A model generated the notes under the pieces. The model was not told the origin of the DNA and searched no databases. It worked only from the letters and a program-made list of their open reading frames with translations. Both the position numbers and the translations under genes were made by a program. From the NCBI GenBank assembly GCA_964035545.1, contig OZ037767.1, positions 8,318,581 to 8,382,580 on the forward strand: a stretch of 64,000 nt of DNA. The letters are read 5' to 3'. The first letter of the stretch is position 1, and each line of letters starts with the position of its first letter. This document shows, in pieces, positions 62,765 through 64,000 of the stretch. Source of the stretch: Bugula neritina. Taxonomy: Eukaryota > Animalia > Bryozoa.

Positions 62765-63510
62765 ATAATTATACCTAATCTGACCGAAGGCAATCAGACA
62801 ATAAACTCTTGAAAGAAAAAAAAACAGATTTAAATAGCCCAAACCCAGAAAATAATATAATGTACTTTAAATTAACAAGGGAGACAATCTTGTAATAATA
62901 TGCTAATTTGCTATAGACTATTAATAACAAAATCGTATTACTTGTTCATGTATCAATTCTTAATTTTTTGTTTAGTTTTTTTTCGTTTGTTTGTTCAACA
63001 TTGTCAAAGATTTGTAAAGGGGATGTTGATGATATGCTGAATAAGCTTTGTCTTTGTTTGTAAAGGTTTATACTTTATACTATGTTATTCGTGTTGTTAA
63101 TAATAGTCAGTTCATGCTTTTAGATCTATCCAGAGTGGACCTTTAATATCTTGAGCAATAAACTATCTTAAACTCTTTGACCGGTCTCTGAATCTATAAA
63201 GCAAACATAGCATAAACAACTATTGCTCACAAGTATACTTTTAAGGGTACTGAGTGAAAATAAAAAAGCATCTCATAGTCGAATATTGTATCAGTATACT
63301 AAATCTGATTCACACAATTTTTATCTTCAGATATAAAACTTCTCTACTACTTTGTTCAGATCAGGATGGGCTGTCACAATATTATTAATACAACAACACA
63401 TTTCTTCTTACTCATTTATAAACCAATGCTCTGCATTACTAAATAGCATTGCAAGCCGCATTCTTTTTCAGGGTAGGCTTGCTGCTGTTGTCTTTAATTA
63501 ACCACTTTCT

Positions 63511-63820
63511 TGTTAGAGCTTTACAGCTAGCAAGCTGACTGACAAGCCGTTGTTGTATATTCATATATATTGTTGTAGTTTTGTGCGCTGTTAAGTGGGA
63601 GTTTATTGTATACGCGAATTACTACTGCATATCTAACTACAAGGTTATGTAAAGAACGAAGATATGGTTGACGTTTTATCAATAACTGTATTAAAAGTCT
63701 AATTACATACAATTAGGATCATAAAAAGGTTATTTTTATTCATCTACAGTTATCCTCTGACTGAGGCTGGGCCGTACCTAGGCAGTTGGTACTGGGGGGT
63801 ATACTTCCACAGCCATTACA
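63511..63820 (-). repeat. LTR-like fragment related to the 37702 LTR
   Basis: Minus-strand start TGTAATGGCTGTGGAAGTATACCCCCCAGTACC matches 37702-37740; far end uncertain; no TSD. Confidence 0.5.
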
Positions 63821-64000
63821 ATATTACTACTATGCGCTTGATCTTTCTTAAATTTTACAAATACAATATCATTATCTTGAAAATGTAATATGGGGCACAT
63901 ACCACCTAAGAATCACTATGCAAAAGTGTGGAGATTATTGTAACTTATTATACCTTCATCTAAATACTCACTAGTAAACGTAGTGTGATAAAACTATGGG

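Larger units (their letters stand above)
58488..63218 (+). mobile_element. Mag-like Ty3/gypsy LTR retrotransposon (element 3), defective
   Basis: LTRs 58488-58678 and 63024-63218 (about 5 substitutions plus a 4-bp indel); 5-bp TSD ACTAT; PBS at 58679; PPT AAAGGGGA. Confidence 0.95.

Noticed and set aside
58240-63460. Candidate upstream host exons near 63410-63458 and 58245-58290 (minus)
   Set aside because: Plausible splice sites, but the phases do not connect to the phase-1 TSP1 exon and the peptides are unrecognisable

Overview
AT-rich eukaryotic (animal-like) genomic DNA, mostly nested transposable elements. Contents: (i) three near-complete Ty3/gypsy LTR retrotransposons with paired LTRs and TSDs: 23765-30958, 39851-47296 (identical LTRs) and a Mag-like element at 58488-63218; (ii) about six decayed relatives and several solo LTRs; (iii) two copies of a divergent LTR lineage whose RNase H has DIRS-like motifs; (iv) a four-level nest (gypsy > CAC...GTG DNA transposon > RTE LINE > inverted second copy of the same DNA transposon, 8592-16907); (v) MITE-like elements and a (TA)n array; (vi) two host exons on the minus strand that the ORF track misses (TSP1 exon 57097-57267; terminal somatomedin-B-like exon 39207-39418). 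The most notable feature is a third ORF in the youngest gypsy element, in the env position (45647-46720). It encodes no envelope but a transcription-factor-like protein: acidic N-terminus, C2H2 plus C2HC zinc fingers, basic patch, leucine zipper. Decayed homologues occur in three other copies here, and sister subfamilies appear to carry different 3' cargo. All calls were made by eye without database searches, so novelty is unverified.
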